Source: Myxococcales bacterium | GTDB lineage: Bacteria > Myxococcota_A > UBA9042 | Assembly: GCA_037441385.1 (NCBI GenBank) | Contig: JBBISH010000016.1 | Location: 1 to 64,000 of the forward strand | DNA length: 64,000 bases | Direction of reading: 5' to 3' | Shown: positions 42,353 to 51,470 of the stretch, in pieces | Layout of the letters: each line of letters opens with the position of its first letter | Numbering within the stretch: the first letter of the stretch is position 1 | Program-made: the position numbers and the translations under genes | The notes under the pieces: model-generated | Database searches by the model: none | Told to the model about the DNA's origin: nothing | Seen by the model: the letters and a program-made list of their open reading frames with translations, nothing else

Positions 42353-43408
42353 CTACCGATCTCCCAGCCGGCGCATCGCCAGACCCACCGCCACGCCCGC
42401 CACCGGCGCCATGCGCTGCAGCATTTGGGCGTCGAACTTCTTGGGGTCGACGACGACGTTGTTGAAAGGATTGAGCGCCCGCACCGTGGTGCCCAGGCGA
42501 CGTTCGATGCCTTCGATGAGGCCCGCTTGCACAGCCGCGCCGCCGCACAAGTAGATGGCGGCGATGTCCGAGTTCATGGCCGTGGCGGCAAAGAAATCGA
42601 GCGAGCGCTGGATTTCGTTGATGAGCACCTCGGACACGCGTCCCGAAATGCGCTGCACCTCGCGCAGCACGCCCGACATGGACAGCGTCGTCTCCGACGT
42701 GGTCTTCATGTGCTCGGCTTCGTCCCAGGGCACGGCGAATTGTTTGGCGATTTCGTCTGTGAGCAGGTTGCCGCCTACGGTGATGTCGCGGGTGAACGAG
42801 GTCGTGCCGTCGCTGACGACGTTGATGTTGATGGTCGAGGCGCCCACGTTGACCAGCGCCACCGTCTCGTGCGTCGGCACCGCAAAGTTCAACTCGAACG
42901 CATTGTAGAGGGCAAAACAGTCGACGTCGACTACCACCGGTTCCAGCTTGCAGGCCCGCACCACGTCGAGCATTTCCTCGATCACCGCCTTCTTGGCGGC
43001 CACCAGCAGCACGTCCATCTGGCCCTGGCCGGCGTGCGGGTTGATGATCTGGTAGTCGACGTTCACATCTTTGATATCAAAGGGGATGTACTGCTCAGCC
43101 TCCCACTGGATCTGTTCGTCCAGCTCGGCCGGCGTCATCTCGGGCAGCGAGATCTTCTTGATGATGACCGAGTGGCCCGACAGCGACACGGCCACGCGCC
43201 GCTCGCGCACCTTGTTGGCCGCGATCAACTCGCCCACGCGCTGCGCCAGCAGCGGAGCGTTGAGGATCACCCCATCCTTGATGGCATCGGGCGGGAGCAT
43301 CATCGTGTCAAAGGCCAGCAGCTGCGCGCCCTTGGATGTCTCCTTGAGGTGGGCGAGCTTGATCGACGACGAGCCGATGTCCAAGCCGACGGCATTTCTG
43401 GTCGCCAT
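42353..43408 (-). CDS. pilM: Type IV pilus assembly protein PilM
   Basis: GLDIGSSSIK, WEAEQYIPF, DVLLVAAK, EIQRSLDFF, LCGGAA. Confidence 0.97.
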   Translation of the reverse strand: MATRNAVGLDIGSSSIKLAHLKETSKGAQLLAFDTMMLPPDAIKDGVILNAPLLAQRVGELIAANKVRERRVAVSLSGHSVIIKKISLPEMTPAELDEQIQWEAEQYIPFDIKDVNVDYQIINPHAGQGQMDVLLVAAKKAVIEEMLDVVRACKLEPVVVDVDCFALYNAFELNFAVPTHETVALVNVGASTININVVSDGTTSFTRDITVGGNLLTDEIAKQFAVPWDEAEHMKTTSETTLSMSGVLREVQRISGRVSEVLINEIQRSLDFFAATAMNSDIAAIYLCGGAAVQAGLIEGIERRLGTTVRALNPFNNVVVDPKKFDAQMLQRMAPVAGVAVGLAMRRLGDR

Positions 43409-43532
43409 GCTCGCGCTGCTCCTGCACGGGCCGAAGTGGCCCAAACCCACCGACACGCTTCCGGTATGCCTTTTTGGTATGCCGTTGCGGTGGGAGGTGC
43501 GCCGGGCCTAGCCCAACACACTCCAAGGGGCA

Positions 43533-43561
43533 AGGCTAGAAGGGGTGGCGCAAGCCGTCAA
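43533..43561 (-). promoter_or_regulatory. sigma70-type promoter of the pilM operon
   Basis: Minus strand TTGACG-17 bp-TAGCCT, about 125 bp upstream of pilM. Confidence 0.6.
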
Positions 43562-43815
43562 GAAAACCAAAGGATCCGTCAGATCCTGTGCGGATCTTGC
43601 CGGCGCCGGCCGCGCGCCATCGCCGGAGCTGGGCAATTCGCTTGCGCGGCGCGCCCTTCCACGAAGCCATGACGCCCACTTCCCGCGGATCCTGGCAGGC
43701 GGACCGGCGGCGCGCTATGCTGCCGGCCCGGCGCCAGTGCGCGCCCAGGGCCATGCCGATGCCGAACCCCGCCGTCAGCCCCACTGCCGCCCATCGTGGG
43801 CAACTCAATGAAGTC

Positions 43816-45114
43816 ATGAACAAAGATTCCGCAATGCCTCAGGTCCGTCCGGCCGCCGGGGTATTTCGTCCGCCCGCGTTGGCCGATTCCGAGGTTTTCG
43901 CGCTGGCGCAGCGTTACCTTACGCCCAATTACAAGAATTCGCCGATCGTTTTCAGCCACGGCGAGGGGCCTTGGAACATCACCAGCGACGGACGCCGCTT
44001 CTTGGACATGAGCGCTGGCGTGGCGGTCAACGCGCTCGGCCACGGCCACCCCGACCTGGTTGCGGCGATCGCCGAGCAATCGGCGCGTTTGGTTCATCAG
44101 TCCAACTATTGGCACAACCAGCACGCGGCGCCGCTCGCCGCCGATTTGTGCCAGCGCTTCGAGAAGGCGGTGCTCGCCGCGACGGGCAAGGTCGAGCAAG
44201 GTCGCATCTTCTTTTGCAATTCTGGCGCAGAAGGCACCGAGGCGGCCATCAAGACCGCGCGCCGTTACCACGCTCGCGTGCTGGGCAAGGCGCGGCCCGG
44301 TATCGTGACCGTCCAGGGCAGCTTCCACGGCCGTACTTACGCGGCCATGACCGCCACCGCCCAGCCCAAGTACCAAGACGGCTTCGAGCCGCTGGTGCCT
44401 GGGTTCCGCTATGCCAAGTTCGGCGATTTGGACAGCATTGCCGCGCAGATCGACGACACGGTCGGCGCCGTGCTCATCGAAGTCGTGCAGGGCGAGGGCG
44501 GCGTGTGTGTGGCGCCTGCCGGTTTCTTCAAGGCGCTGCGCCAACTTTGCGACGATCGCGGCGTGCTGCTGTGCCTGGACGAGGTCCAGACCGGCATTGG
44601 CCGCACCGGCACGTTCTTTGCCTTCGAGCAAGAGGGCATCGCCCCCGACATCGTGTGGCTGGCCAAGGCTCTGGGCGGCGGCATCCCGGTGGGGGCGATG
44701 ATCGCCCGCGAGGCGGTGGCCCAGGCGCTGCAACCTGGTACCCACGCTACGACTTTTGGCGCCAACGCGCTGTGCATGTACGTGGGCCGCGTGGTGCTAG
44801 GCGTCTTGGACCGCGACGATCTGGTGGCCAACGCTGCTGCGATGGGCGAGCTGCTGCTCGGCGAGTTGAAAAAAGCCCTGGGCGACAAGCCCTATGTCGT
44901 CGACATCCGCGGCCGCGGCCTGATGTGTGGGGTGCAGATCCGCGGCGACGTCAAGGCCGTGATCGACGCGGCCCGCAGCATGGGCCTGCTGGTCTCGCTG
45001 GCGGGCAGCGACGTCGTGCGCCTGACGCCGCCGCTGATCATCGGCCCCGAGCACGTGGATTTCGCCGTGTCGCGCTTGCTGGCGGCGGCGGAGCAGGTGC
45101 TCGCTAACGCTTGA
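43816..45114 (+). CDS. argD: Acetylornithine aminotransferase (class III PLP enzyme)
   Basis: FFCNSGAE, SFHGRT, EVVQGEGG, DEVQTGIGRTG, LAKALGGG. Start is 43816 or 43834. Confidence 0.88.
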   Translation: MNKDSAMPQVRPAAGVFRPPALADSEVFALAQRYLTPNYKNSPIVFSHGEGPWNITSDGRRFLDMSAGVAVNALGHGHPDLVAAIAEQSARLVHQSNYWHNQHAAPLAADLCQRFEKAVLAATGKVEQGRIFFCNSGAEGTEAAIKTARRYHARVLGKARPGIVTVQGSFHGRTYAAMTATAQPKYQDGFEPLVPGFRYAKFGDLDSIAAQIDDTVGAVLIEVVQGEGGVCVAPAGFFKALRQLCDDRGVLLCLDEVQTGIGRTGTFFAFEQEGIAPDIVWLAKALGGGIPVGAMIAREAVAQALQPGTHATTFGANALCMYVGRVVLGVLDRDDLVANAAAMGELLLGELKKALGDKPYVVDIRGRGLMCGVQIRGDVKAVIDAARSMGLLVSLAGSDVVRLTPPLIIGPEHVDFAVSRLLAAAEQVLANA

Positions 45115-45186
45115 ACCCTGCGACTGGTCTGCTACCCTATTGCCTCGCCTTGGTGCCTTGATTGGGCACCCCAATCTGGAGTTTTT

Positions 45187-46098
45187 ATGCGCATCCGCTC
45201 CGTGACCACCCTTGCTGTCTTGGTTTCTTCCTTTGTTCTGGCCAGCTGTGCCGACACCGGCGGCGGTGGTGGCGGTGGCGGCGGAACCACGACCGACACC
45301 TCCACGGGCACGGGCAACGACACGAGCACCAGCACGGGCGGCGACACCAGCACCACCAAGACCGACACCACGTCGCAGGCCGGGACCGAGAAGTCGATCG
45401 TCGACATCCAGAAGGCCTCGGTCGCCTGCAAGGCGGGCGCCGACGGCAAGGAACCGCAGTCGTTTGGCGCAGCTGCGGGTATCACCATTCGCAACGCGGT
45501 GGTCACCTCGCCCGGCAGCAAGGCCAACAAGGATGGCAGCTTGGTCGGCATTTACGTGCAGCAAAAGGGTGGCGGCCAGTTCTCGGGCATCTACGTGACC
45601 GGCAAGAAAGACAGCGAAGTCGGCCAAGTGGCTCCCGGCGACGTGATCACCATCACCGGCGATGTGAGTGACTACTACTGCTTTACCGAAATCTTTAACA
45701 AGTTTGCGGTGATCGAGTCGCAGGGCCAAGAAATGCCGATGCCCGTCACCGTCACCACCGACGACATTGGCGACATCGCCGGCAAAGACAAGACCGAGCC
45801 GTACGAAGGCGTGCTGGTTCAGCTGCACGACGTGACCGTGGGCGACGACGCCCTGGGCAGCGATGGCAAGCCGCACGGCGAGCAGTACGTGGGCAAGACG
45901 GCCGACGACAAGGCGTTGCGCATGGGCTCGACGTTCTTTGGCGTCTACCTGAGCGACAAGAACGCCGACGGCACCTACACTCCCAAGTACCCCAAGGGCA
46001 CCAAGCTGGGCACCGTGACCGGCGTGCTGCAGTACAGCTTTGGCGCCTTTACGTTGGAGATCACCAAGGATCCCGAGAACGTGATCAAGGCGAAATAA
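45187..46098 (+). CDS. Lipoprotein with Gly/Thr linker and two probable OB-fold domains
   Basis: GGAG RBS, lipobox LASC, GIYVQQ..SGIYV..VAPGDVITITGDVSDY, EPYEGVLVQL, VTGVLQYSFG. Confidence 0.8.
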   Translation: MRIRSVTTLAVLVSSFVLASCADTGGGGGGGGGTTTDTSTGTGNDTSTSTGGDTSTTKTDTTSQAGTEKSIVDIQKASVACKAGADGKEPQSFGAAAGITIRNAVVTSPGSKANKDGSLVGIYVQQKGGGQFSGIYVTGKKDSEVGQVAPGDVITITGDVSDYYCFTEIFNKFAVIESQGQEMPMPVTVTTDDIGDIAGKDKTEPYEGVLVQLHDVTVGDDALGSDGKPHGEQYVGKTADDKALRMGSTFFGVYLSDKNADGTYTPKYPKGTKLGTVTGVLQYSFGAFTLEITKDPENVIKAK

Positions 46099-46310
46099 CG
46101 CCGGTAGCCCAAGGGTTGCATGGGCGGCGACGCGGGCGGCGCAGCGAGCGGACCCGTCATACGGAATCCGCCTGAATCGGCTCGAAATCTCCGGCAATTC
46201 CCCGGGCTCGAACCGGGGTCCACGCCTGATTCTCGCTAGTTGCACAACAGGTCAGAGAAGCCATGCAGGCGCGAATCAGGTGGGGTTCGTACTACAACTG
46301 AGGAAAAAGA

Positions 46311-47276
46311 ATGGACAAGAGCAATCTCTATGCCCTGTGCGCCTTGATTGGTGTGGCGGGGTTCGCCGTGGGGCGCTTCGATGCGAACGGTCGCGCCGGT
46401 GGTGCCCCTGCGCCGATGCCGGCCATTGCTCAGCCGGCGGCCGCGCCGGCCGCGGAACCGCCCAAGGCGGCCGAAGCGCCCAAGCCCGCCGAGGCCCCGC
46501 CCAGCCAAGCCGCCCAGGCCCCGGCCGCGGTGGCCGCCAAGCCAAGCGAGCCCAGCAAGCCCAGTCTGCTGGATACCCAGAGCGACGAGGGCGCCGGCAA
46601 GGGCGTCGACGTCGCCAAGGTGGGCGTGTCGCCGCCGGGCATGGCCAGTCCGTACATGGGGCCCAAGGACGCGCTGGTTGTGGTCAACGTGTATTCGGAT
46701 TTCCAGTGCCCGGTGTGCAAGCGGTCGGCCGACCCGATCAAGCAGCTGGCCGCCGACTTCCCCGGCAAGGTCAAGGTCTACTTCCGCAACAACGCCCTGG
46801 CCATGCACGGGCGCAGCAAGCCGGCGGCGCTGGCGGCTTGGGCGGCCAAGAACCAAGGCAAGTTCTGGCAGTACCACGATAAACTGTTCCAGTCCGGCCA
46901 GCTCGACGATGGCAGCCTGGAGCAGGCCGCCAAGGATCTGGGCCTGGACGTCGCCAAGTGGAAGGCCGACATCGCCGACCCCAAGAACGGCGAGCGCCTG
47001 GATCAAGAGGCCAAGTGGGCCGAAAGCATGGGCGCCACCGGCACGCCCGGCTTCTTTGTCAACGGCGTCCGCCAAGTCGGCTGGGGCTCGTACTTGGCGC
47101 TGAAGTCGATCGTGCAGCGCGAGCTGGACAAGGCCGACGAGCTGATCGCCCAGGGTACGCCCAAGAACCAGGTGATTCAGAAGCGGATTGCTGCCATGGC
47201 CAGCCAGAATACCAAGGGCGAGGGCGAGGCCGCCATCAACGGCGAGCTGTGGGTCAAGCAATTGGCCGCCGACTAG
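46311..47276 (+). CDS. DsbA/thioredoxin-fold protein with N-terminal anchor and Pro/Ala linker
   Basis: SDFQCPVC and GTPGFFVNG. Confidence 0.9.
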   Translation: MDKSNLYALCALIGVAGFAVGRFDANGRAGGAPAPMPAIAQPAAAPAAEPPKAAEAPKPAEAPPSQAAQAPAAVAAKPSEPSKPSLLDTQSDEGAGKGVDVAKVGVSPPGMASPYMGPKDALVVVNVYSDFQCPVCKRSADPIKQLAADFPGKVKVYFRNNALAMHGRSKPAALAAWAAKNQGKFWQYHDKLFQSGQLDDGSLEQAAKDLGLDVAKWKADIADPKNGERLDQEAKWAESMGATGTPGFFVNGVRQVGWGSYLALKSIVQRELDKADELIAQGTPKNQVIQKRIAAMASQNTKGEGEAAINGELWVKQLAAD

Positions 47277-47292
47277 CTCAACGGAGGGTCGT

Positions 47293-47724
47293 ATGCGCTA
47301 TGGCTGGATGATCCTTGCTGTTTTGTGGTCCTCCACTGCCTGGGCCGGCGATGGCGCCGACTCCCCGGCGCAGATCGACAAGTTCACCAAGCAGTTGGCC
47401 AAGATCAAGAAGTGCACGCTGCAAAGCGGCGAGGTCAAATTCGCCCCGGCACCGTGCAAGGCCACGCCCACCCAAGCGAAAGCCCCCAACGGCGCCACGC
47501 TGTGGCAATTCAGCTACAACGGCAAGGCGCAAAAGCTGAGCGGCACGCTGGCGCCAGAGAACGGCAAGGTCACCTTTGCCGGCACGTCCACCTGTTCCGG
47601 CGCCAAGTCCACGGTCTACAACGGCATTCTGGAACGCGACGGCCCTACGGTGTGGTTCGGCACGCTCTCGCCGCAGCCCAAGTCGGCGCTGTGCGGACCG
47701 TTTGAACTCACGCTGGGCAAGTAG
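47293..47724 (+). CDS. Small secreted hypothetical protein with four Cys
   Basis: GGAGG RBS, signal peptide ending TAWA. Confidence 0.75.
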   Translation: MRYGWMILAVLWSSTAWAGDGADSPAQIDKFTKQLAKIKKCTLQSGEVKFAPAPCKATPTQAKAPNGATLWQFSYNGKAQKLSGTLAPENGKVTFAGTSTCSGAKSTVYNGILERDGPTVWFGTLSPQPKSALCGPFELTLGK

Positions 47725-47742
47725 AGCAAAAACAAGCCAAAA

Positions 47743-50328
47743 CTAGCCGGCGCTCGGCGCGAGCACGACCTCGACGCAGTGCTGCGGGTCCAAAAAGTGC
47801 TGGGCTGCAGCCTGCACATCCGCTGCCGTCACGGCCAGCAGCGCCTCGATCTGGCCGCGGTAGGCTTGGCGCCCCAGGCCATACAGCTCGTTCAGGCACA
47901 GGGTCGCTGCCCGCGACGACCGCCGCTGCAGACCGATGGCAAACGCCCCCACCATCGACTGGCGGGCACGCTGCAACTCCTCTGCACCAATCGGATGTTG
48001 TCGCAACCGGTCCAGCTGGTGGTACAAACCGGTCAGACCCTGCTCCACTTTGTCGGCGCCCGTGCCCAGGTAGACGGCAAAATAGCCCTCGTCTAGGCCC
48101 TCGACGTGCATCGCGCTCACGGCGTAGCCCAGCGACTGCCGATCGCGCAGCTCGATGAACAGCCGCCCCGACTGACCCGACAGCACGGTAGCCAAGATAT
48201 CCAAGGCATAGCGCGACTTGTCGTCCAGCCGTGCCCCCACATACCCCAGAGCCAGGTGGGCCTGCTGCTTGTCCGTCCGGCTGCGGACCTGGATGGGTTC
48301 CCCAGGGCGGGCCACGGGTTGCGATGGCGGCGGCGGCTCGCCTGGGGCGGCGGTCGGCGAATGGGCGACGATGGCCGCGGCCAGTTCGTCTGCGTCGATG
48401 TCGCCCGAGGCGGCGTAGACCAAGCGACCGGGGGTCAGCCGCCGGCGCAAGTACCCGCGCAACGCGTGCGCCTGCAGGCCGGTGACTGCGGGGATATTGC
48501 CAAGGAGATCCAGCGAGTAAGGATGCCGCCCATACAGCGTCGTCGCCAGTAGGCGCAGGGTCTGGCGGGCCGGCGCGTCGCTCTGGTGGCGCAGGTCTTC
48601 TAGTTGCACGGCGCGCTCTTGCTCCAGGTCCGCTTCCGGCAGATCCGAGGCAAACAGGCAATCAAAGAACACTTCCAGCAGCCGATCCCGCCCCGACGAT
48701 AGCCCCGTGGCCATCAGGCCCAGGGAATTGCGCCCGGCGAACCCAGCGAGTCCGGCGGCCAGGGTCTCGACCTCTTTGGCGATGGCACCCGAGGAACGGG
48801 TCGCGGTGCCGCGGGTCAGCATCTGGCCGCACAAGTACGCGCGGCCGTTGACGTCGGGCGTCTCGTCGCGCAGACCGCCATGCGCCGCCACCCGCAAGCC
48901 CATCAGCGGCACCGAAGGGTCGCGCTGGACGATCAGCACGTCGCCGGTGGGCAGCTCCAAGCGCTCGATGCCGTCGACCAAGTCGCGCAGGCGCCCTGGG
49001 TGCGCCGTCCGCAGCGGCCGCAGCTGATCCTGCAGGGTCTTCCACGTCGCCGGCGCATCGACCTGCCCCGCGCCGTCCTCGCCAGGCAGCTCGACCCAAG
49101 TCAGCTGGTCGGGAGCAAGGTAGCGCTGGGCCACGCGCTGCACGTCGGTGGGCTGCAGTCGGCTGACCGCTTGCACGTAGTGGCGATCCCAGTGCGGATC
49201 GCCGGTGGCGGTGGCAAAATACCCCAGCGAGTGCGCAAGTCCCTGCACGGTCTCTTGTTTATAGATTGCGTCGGCCAGCACGTTGTGGCGCGCTTTGTCC
49301 AGCTCGGCGCTGTCGACGCCGCGCTCGCGCAAGAGCTGGATCTCGGCCAGGATGGCTTCGCGCGCCGCGGCCAGCCGCTCTGCCGAGGTGAGGGCCGTCA
49401 CCGAGAACAGACCACCCCGCAGCGGAGTCCACGACGCCGCGCCGACATCGTTCACCAACCCATCTTTGCGCTGCACCCGCTGCACCAGTCGCGACGAGTC
49501 GCCTTGGCCCAGCACGATCGCCAGCACGTCCAGCGCGGGCACGTCGCGGTGGTCCAGCGCCGGCACTGGCCAGGCCAGGATCAGCCGCGACTCGGAAAAC
49601 GCCGTGTGCTCGTAGTGGTGCCCAGCGCCCGCGGCGCCCGCGGTCACTGGCTGCGGCGGCGTGGCGGGCTGCGCTGGCAAGTCGGCAAACGCGTGGGCAA
49701 TGGCCGCCAGGGCCTCGTCCGCGTCCACGTCCCCGGCGGCCGTAATCGTAAGGTTCGAGGCCACATAGTGCTGCTCGTAGAACTGCAGCATCGCGTCGCG
49801 CGTCATGGCCCGGACACTGGTCTCGCTGCCCAACACGGGCCGCCCGTACGGGTGGTTGCCAAAAGTGCAGGCGAACAGCCGGCGCCACGCCACCTGCCCC
49901 GGGCTGTCGTCGGCGCGGTGGATTTCCTCCACCACCACCTCGATCTCGCGGGCCAGCTCCTGAGCGTCAAAGGTGCTGTGGCAGACGGCGTCGGCCAAGG
50001 TCTCTAGGCCCTCGCGCCAGGTGCTGGTCGGCATGACCACATGGAAGCAGGTGTGATCCGTGCTGGTCCAGGCGTTGATCTGGCCACCGGCGCGCTCGAC
50101 CGATGCGGCGATCTCGCCCACGCCGCGGAGCGCAGTTCCCTTGAACAGCATGTGCTCGTGCAAGTGCGCCAAGCCGTGCTGCCCGGGCTGCTCGTGGTAG
50201 CTCCCCACGCCCACCCAGACTTGCACGGCCACGACGGGCGCACCCGGCACCGACTGCACCACGGCCCGCAGGCCCGACGCCAAGCGCACATCGCGCACGC
50301 TCTGGCCGGCCGGCTGGTGCGGGCTCAC
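47743..50328 (-). CDS. M16 (pitrilysin-like) zinc metallopeptidase
   Basis: GLAHLHEHMLFKGT (HxxEH), INAWTS, and a duplicated C-terminal half lacking the motif; GTG overlaps the mtnA stop. Confidence 0.93.
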   Translation of the reverse strand: MSPHQPAGQSVRDVRLASGLRAVVQSVPGAPVVAVQVWVGVGSYHEQPGQHGLAHLHEHMLFKGTALRGVGEIAASVERAGGQINAWTSTDHTCFHVVMPTSTWREGLETLADAVCHSTFDAQELAREIEVVVEEIHRADDSPGQVAWRRLFACTFGNHPYGRPVLGSETSVRAMTRDAMLQFYEQHYVASNLTITAAGDVDADEALAAIAHAFADLPAQPATPPQPVTAGAAGAGHHYEHTAFSESRLILAWPVPALDHRDVPALDVLAIVLGQGDSSRLVQRVQRKDGLVNDVGAASWTPLRGGLFSVTALTSAERLAAAREAILAEIQLLRERGVDSAELDKARHNVLADAIYKQETVQGLAHSLGYFATATGDPHWDRHYVQAVSRLQPTDVQRVAQRYLAPDQLTWVELPGEDGAGQVDAPATWKTLQDQLRPLRTAHPGRLRDLVDGIERLELPTGDVLIVQRDPSVPLMGLRVAAHGGLRDETPDVNGRAYLCGQMLTRGTATRSSGAIAKEVETLAAGLAGFAGRNSLGLMATGLSSGRDRLLEVFFDCLFASDLPEADLEQERAVQLEDLRHQSDAPARQTLRLLATTLYGRHPYSLDLLGNIPAVTGLQAHALRGYLRRRLTPGRLVYAASGDIDADELAAAIVAHSPTAAPGEPPPPSQPVARPGEPIQVRSRTDKQQAHLALGYVGARLDDKSRYALDILATVLSGQSGRLFIELRDRQSLGYAVSAMHVEGLDEGYFAVYLGTGADKVEQGLTGLYHQLDRLRQHPIGAEELQRARQSMVGAFAIGLQRRSSRAATLCLNELYGLGRQAYRGQIEALLAVTAADVQAAAQHFLDPQHCVEVVLAPSAG

Positions 50329-51440
50329 GATTGCCCCGCCCGTCTTCGCTGGGCCTGCGCCACAAAACGCTGCAGATCGTCGGCAAAAGGTGCCCGCGCC
50401 ACGCCCTCTTCCGTGATGATCGCCGCAATGAGTTCGGCCGGCGCCACGTCAAAAGCCGGGTTGAACACGCCCACGCCCGTCGCCGCAAAGGGCACGCCGC
50501 GCGGGGTGGTCACCTCGTCGGGGCTCCTCTCTTCGATGGGGATTTGCTCACCCGTGGGGCAGTCCAGGTCGATGGTCGAGGTGGGCGCCGCCACATAGAA
50601 CGGGATGTTGTGGCGAGCACACAGCACCGCCACGCTGTAGGTGCCGATTTTGTTGGCCGAGTCGCCGTTGGCCGCGATCCGATCGGCGCCGACGATGGCC
50701 GCCTGCACCCGCCCGGACTTCATCACCCAACCCGCCATGTTGTCGCAGATCAGCGTTGCCGGAATGCCGTCTTGGGCGCACTCCCAGGCGGTCAGCCGCG
50801 AGCCCTGCAGCAACGGACGGGTCTCGTCGACCCAAACATGCAAGTCCTTGCCCATGGCTAGCGCGCTGCGGACCACGCCCAGGGCGGTGCCGTGGCCGCC
50901 GGTGGCCAGTCCGCCCGTGTTGCAGTGCGTCAGGACCCCGCCGCGATCGGGCAACAGTGGCGCTCCGTGGCGGCCCATGTCCAGGCAGCACTGCACGTCG
51001 TCAACGTGGATGGCGCGCGCCTGATCGACCAAGTCCTGGACGCGCTCCGCCACTGGCTTGCCCGTGCTCGCTTGGCCGTGGGCACGCATACGCTCGATGG
51101 CCCAGAACAAATTGACCGCGGTCGGCCGCGTCGCCGCGTAGTCTGCACAGCTCTTGGCCAGGGTGCTGTCAAAGTCTGCCGCGATCATGCCAGCTTGCAG
51201 CGCCAGCAGCATCTCTTGCGCGATGCCATAGGCCGCCGTTACGCCGATCGCCGGCGCACCGCGCACCGCCAGCGTGCGGATCGCCTGCCGGACCGTGTCG
51301 CCGTCGCGGCAGTCCAGATAGACCGTCTCGCCGGGCAGGCGGGTCTGGTCCAGCAGGGTGACCACCGGGCGGCCATCGTCGAGCTGCCACAGCATGGTCG
51401 CAAAATGTTGGTTGGCGGGAATGGGCGGGGCGAAGGGCAT
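50325..51440 (-). CDS. mtnA: S-methyl-5-thioribose-1-phosphate isomerase
   Basis: LLDQTRLP, VRGAPAIG, RPTAVNL, LTHCNTGGLAT, ETRPLLQGSRLTAWE, ANKIGTY. Confidence 0.96.
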   Translation of the reverse strand: MPFAPPIPANQHFATMLWQLDDGRPVVTLLDQTRLPGETVYLDCRDGDTVRQAIRTLAVRGAPAIGVTAAYGIAQEMLLALQAGMIAADFDSTLAKSCADYAATRPTAVNLFWAIERMRAHGQASTGKPVAERVQDLVDQARAIHVDDVQCCLDMGRHGAPLLPDRGGVLTHCNTGGLATGGHGTALGVVRSALAMGKDLHVWVDETRPLLQGSRLTAWECAQDGIPATLICDNMAGWVMKSGRVQAAIVGADRIAANGDSANKIGTYSVAVLCARHNIPFYVAAPTSTIDLDCPTGEQIPIEERSPDEVTTPRGVPFAATGVGVFNPAFDVAPAELIAAIITEEGVARAPFADDLQRFVAQAQRRRAGQS

Positions 51441-51470
51441 CCGAACTCGCTTTGCAGGGCCCGCGCTGGC

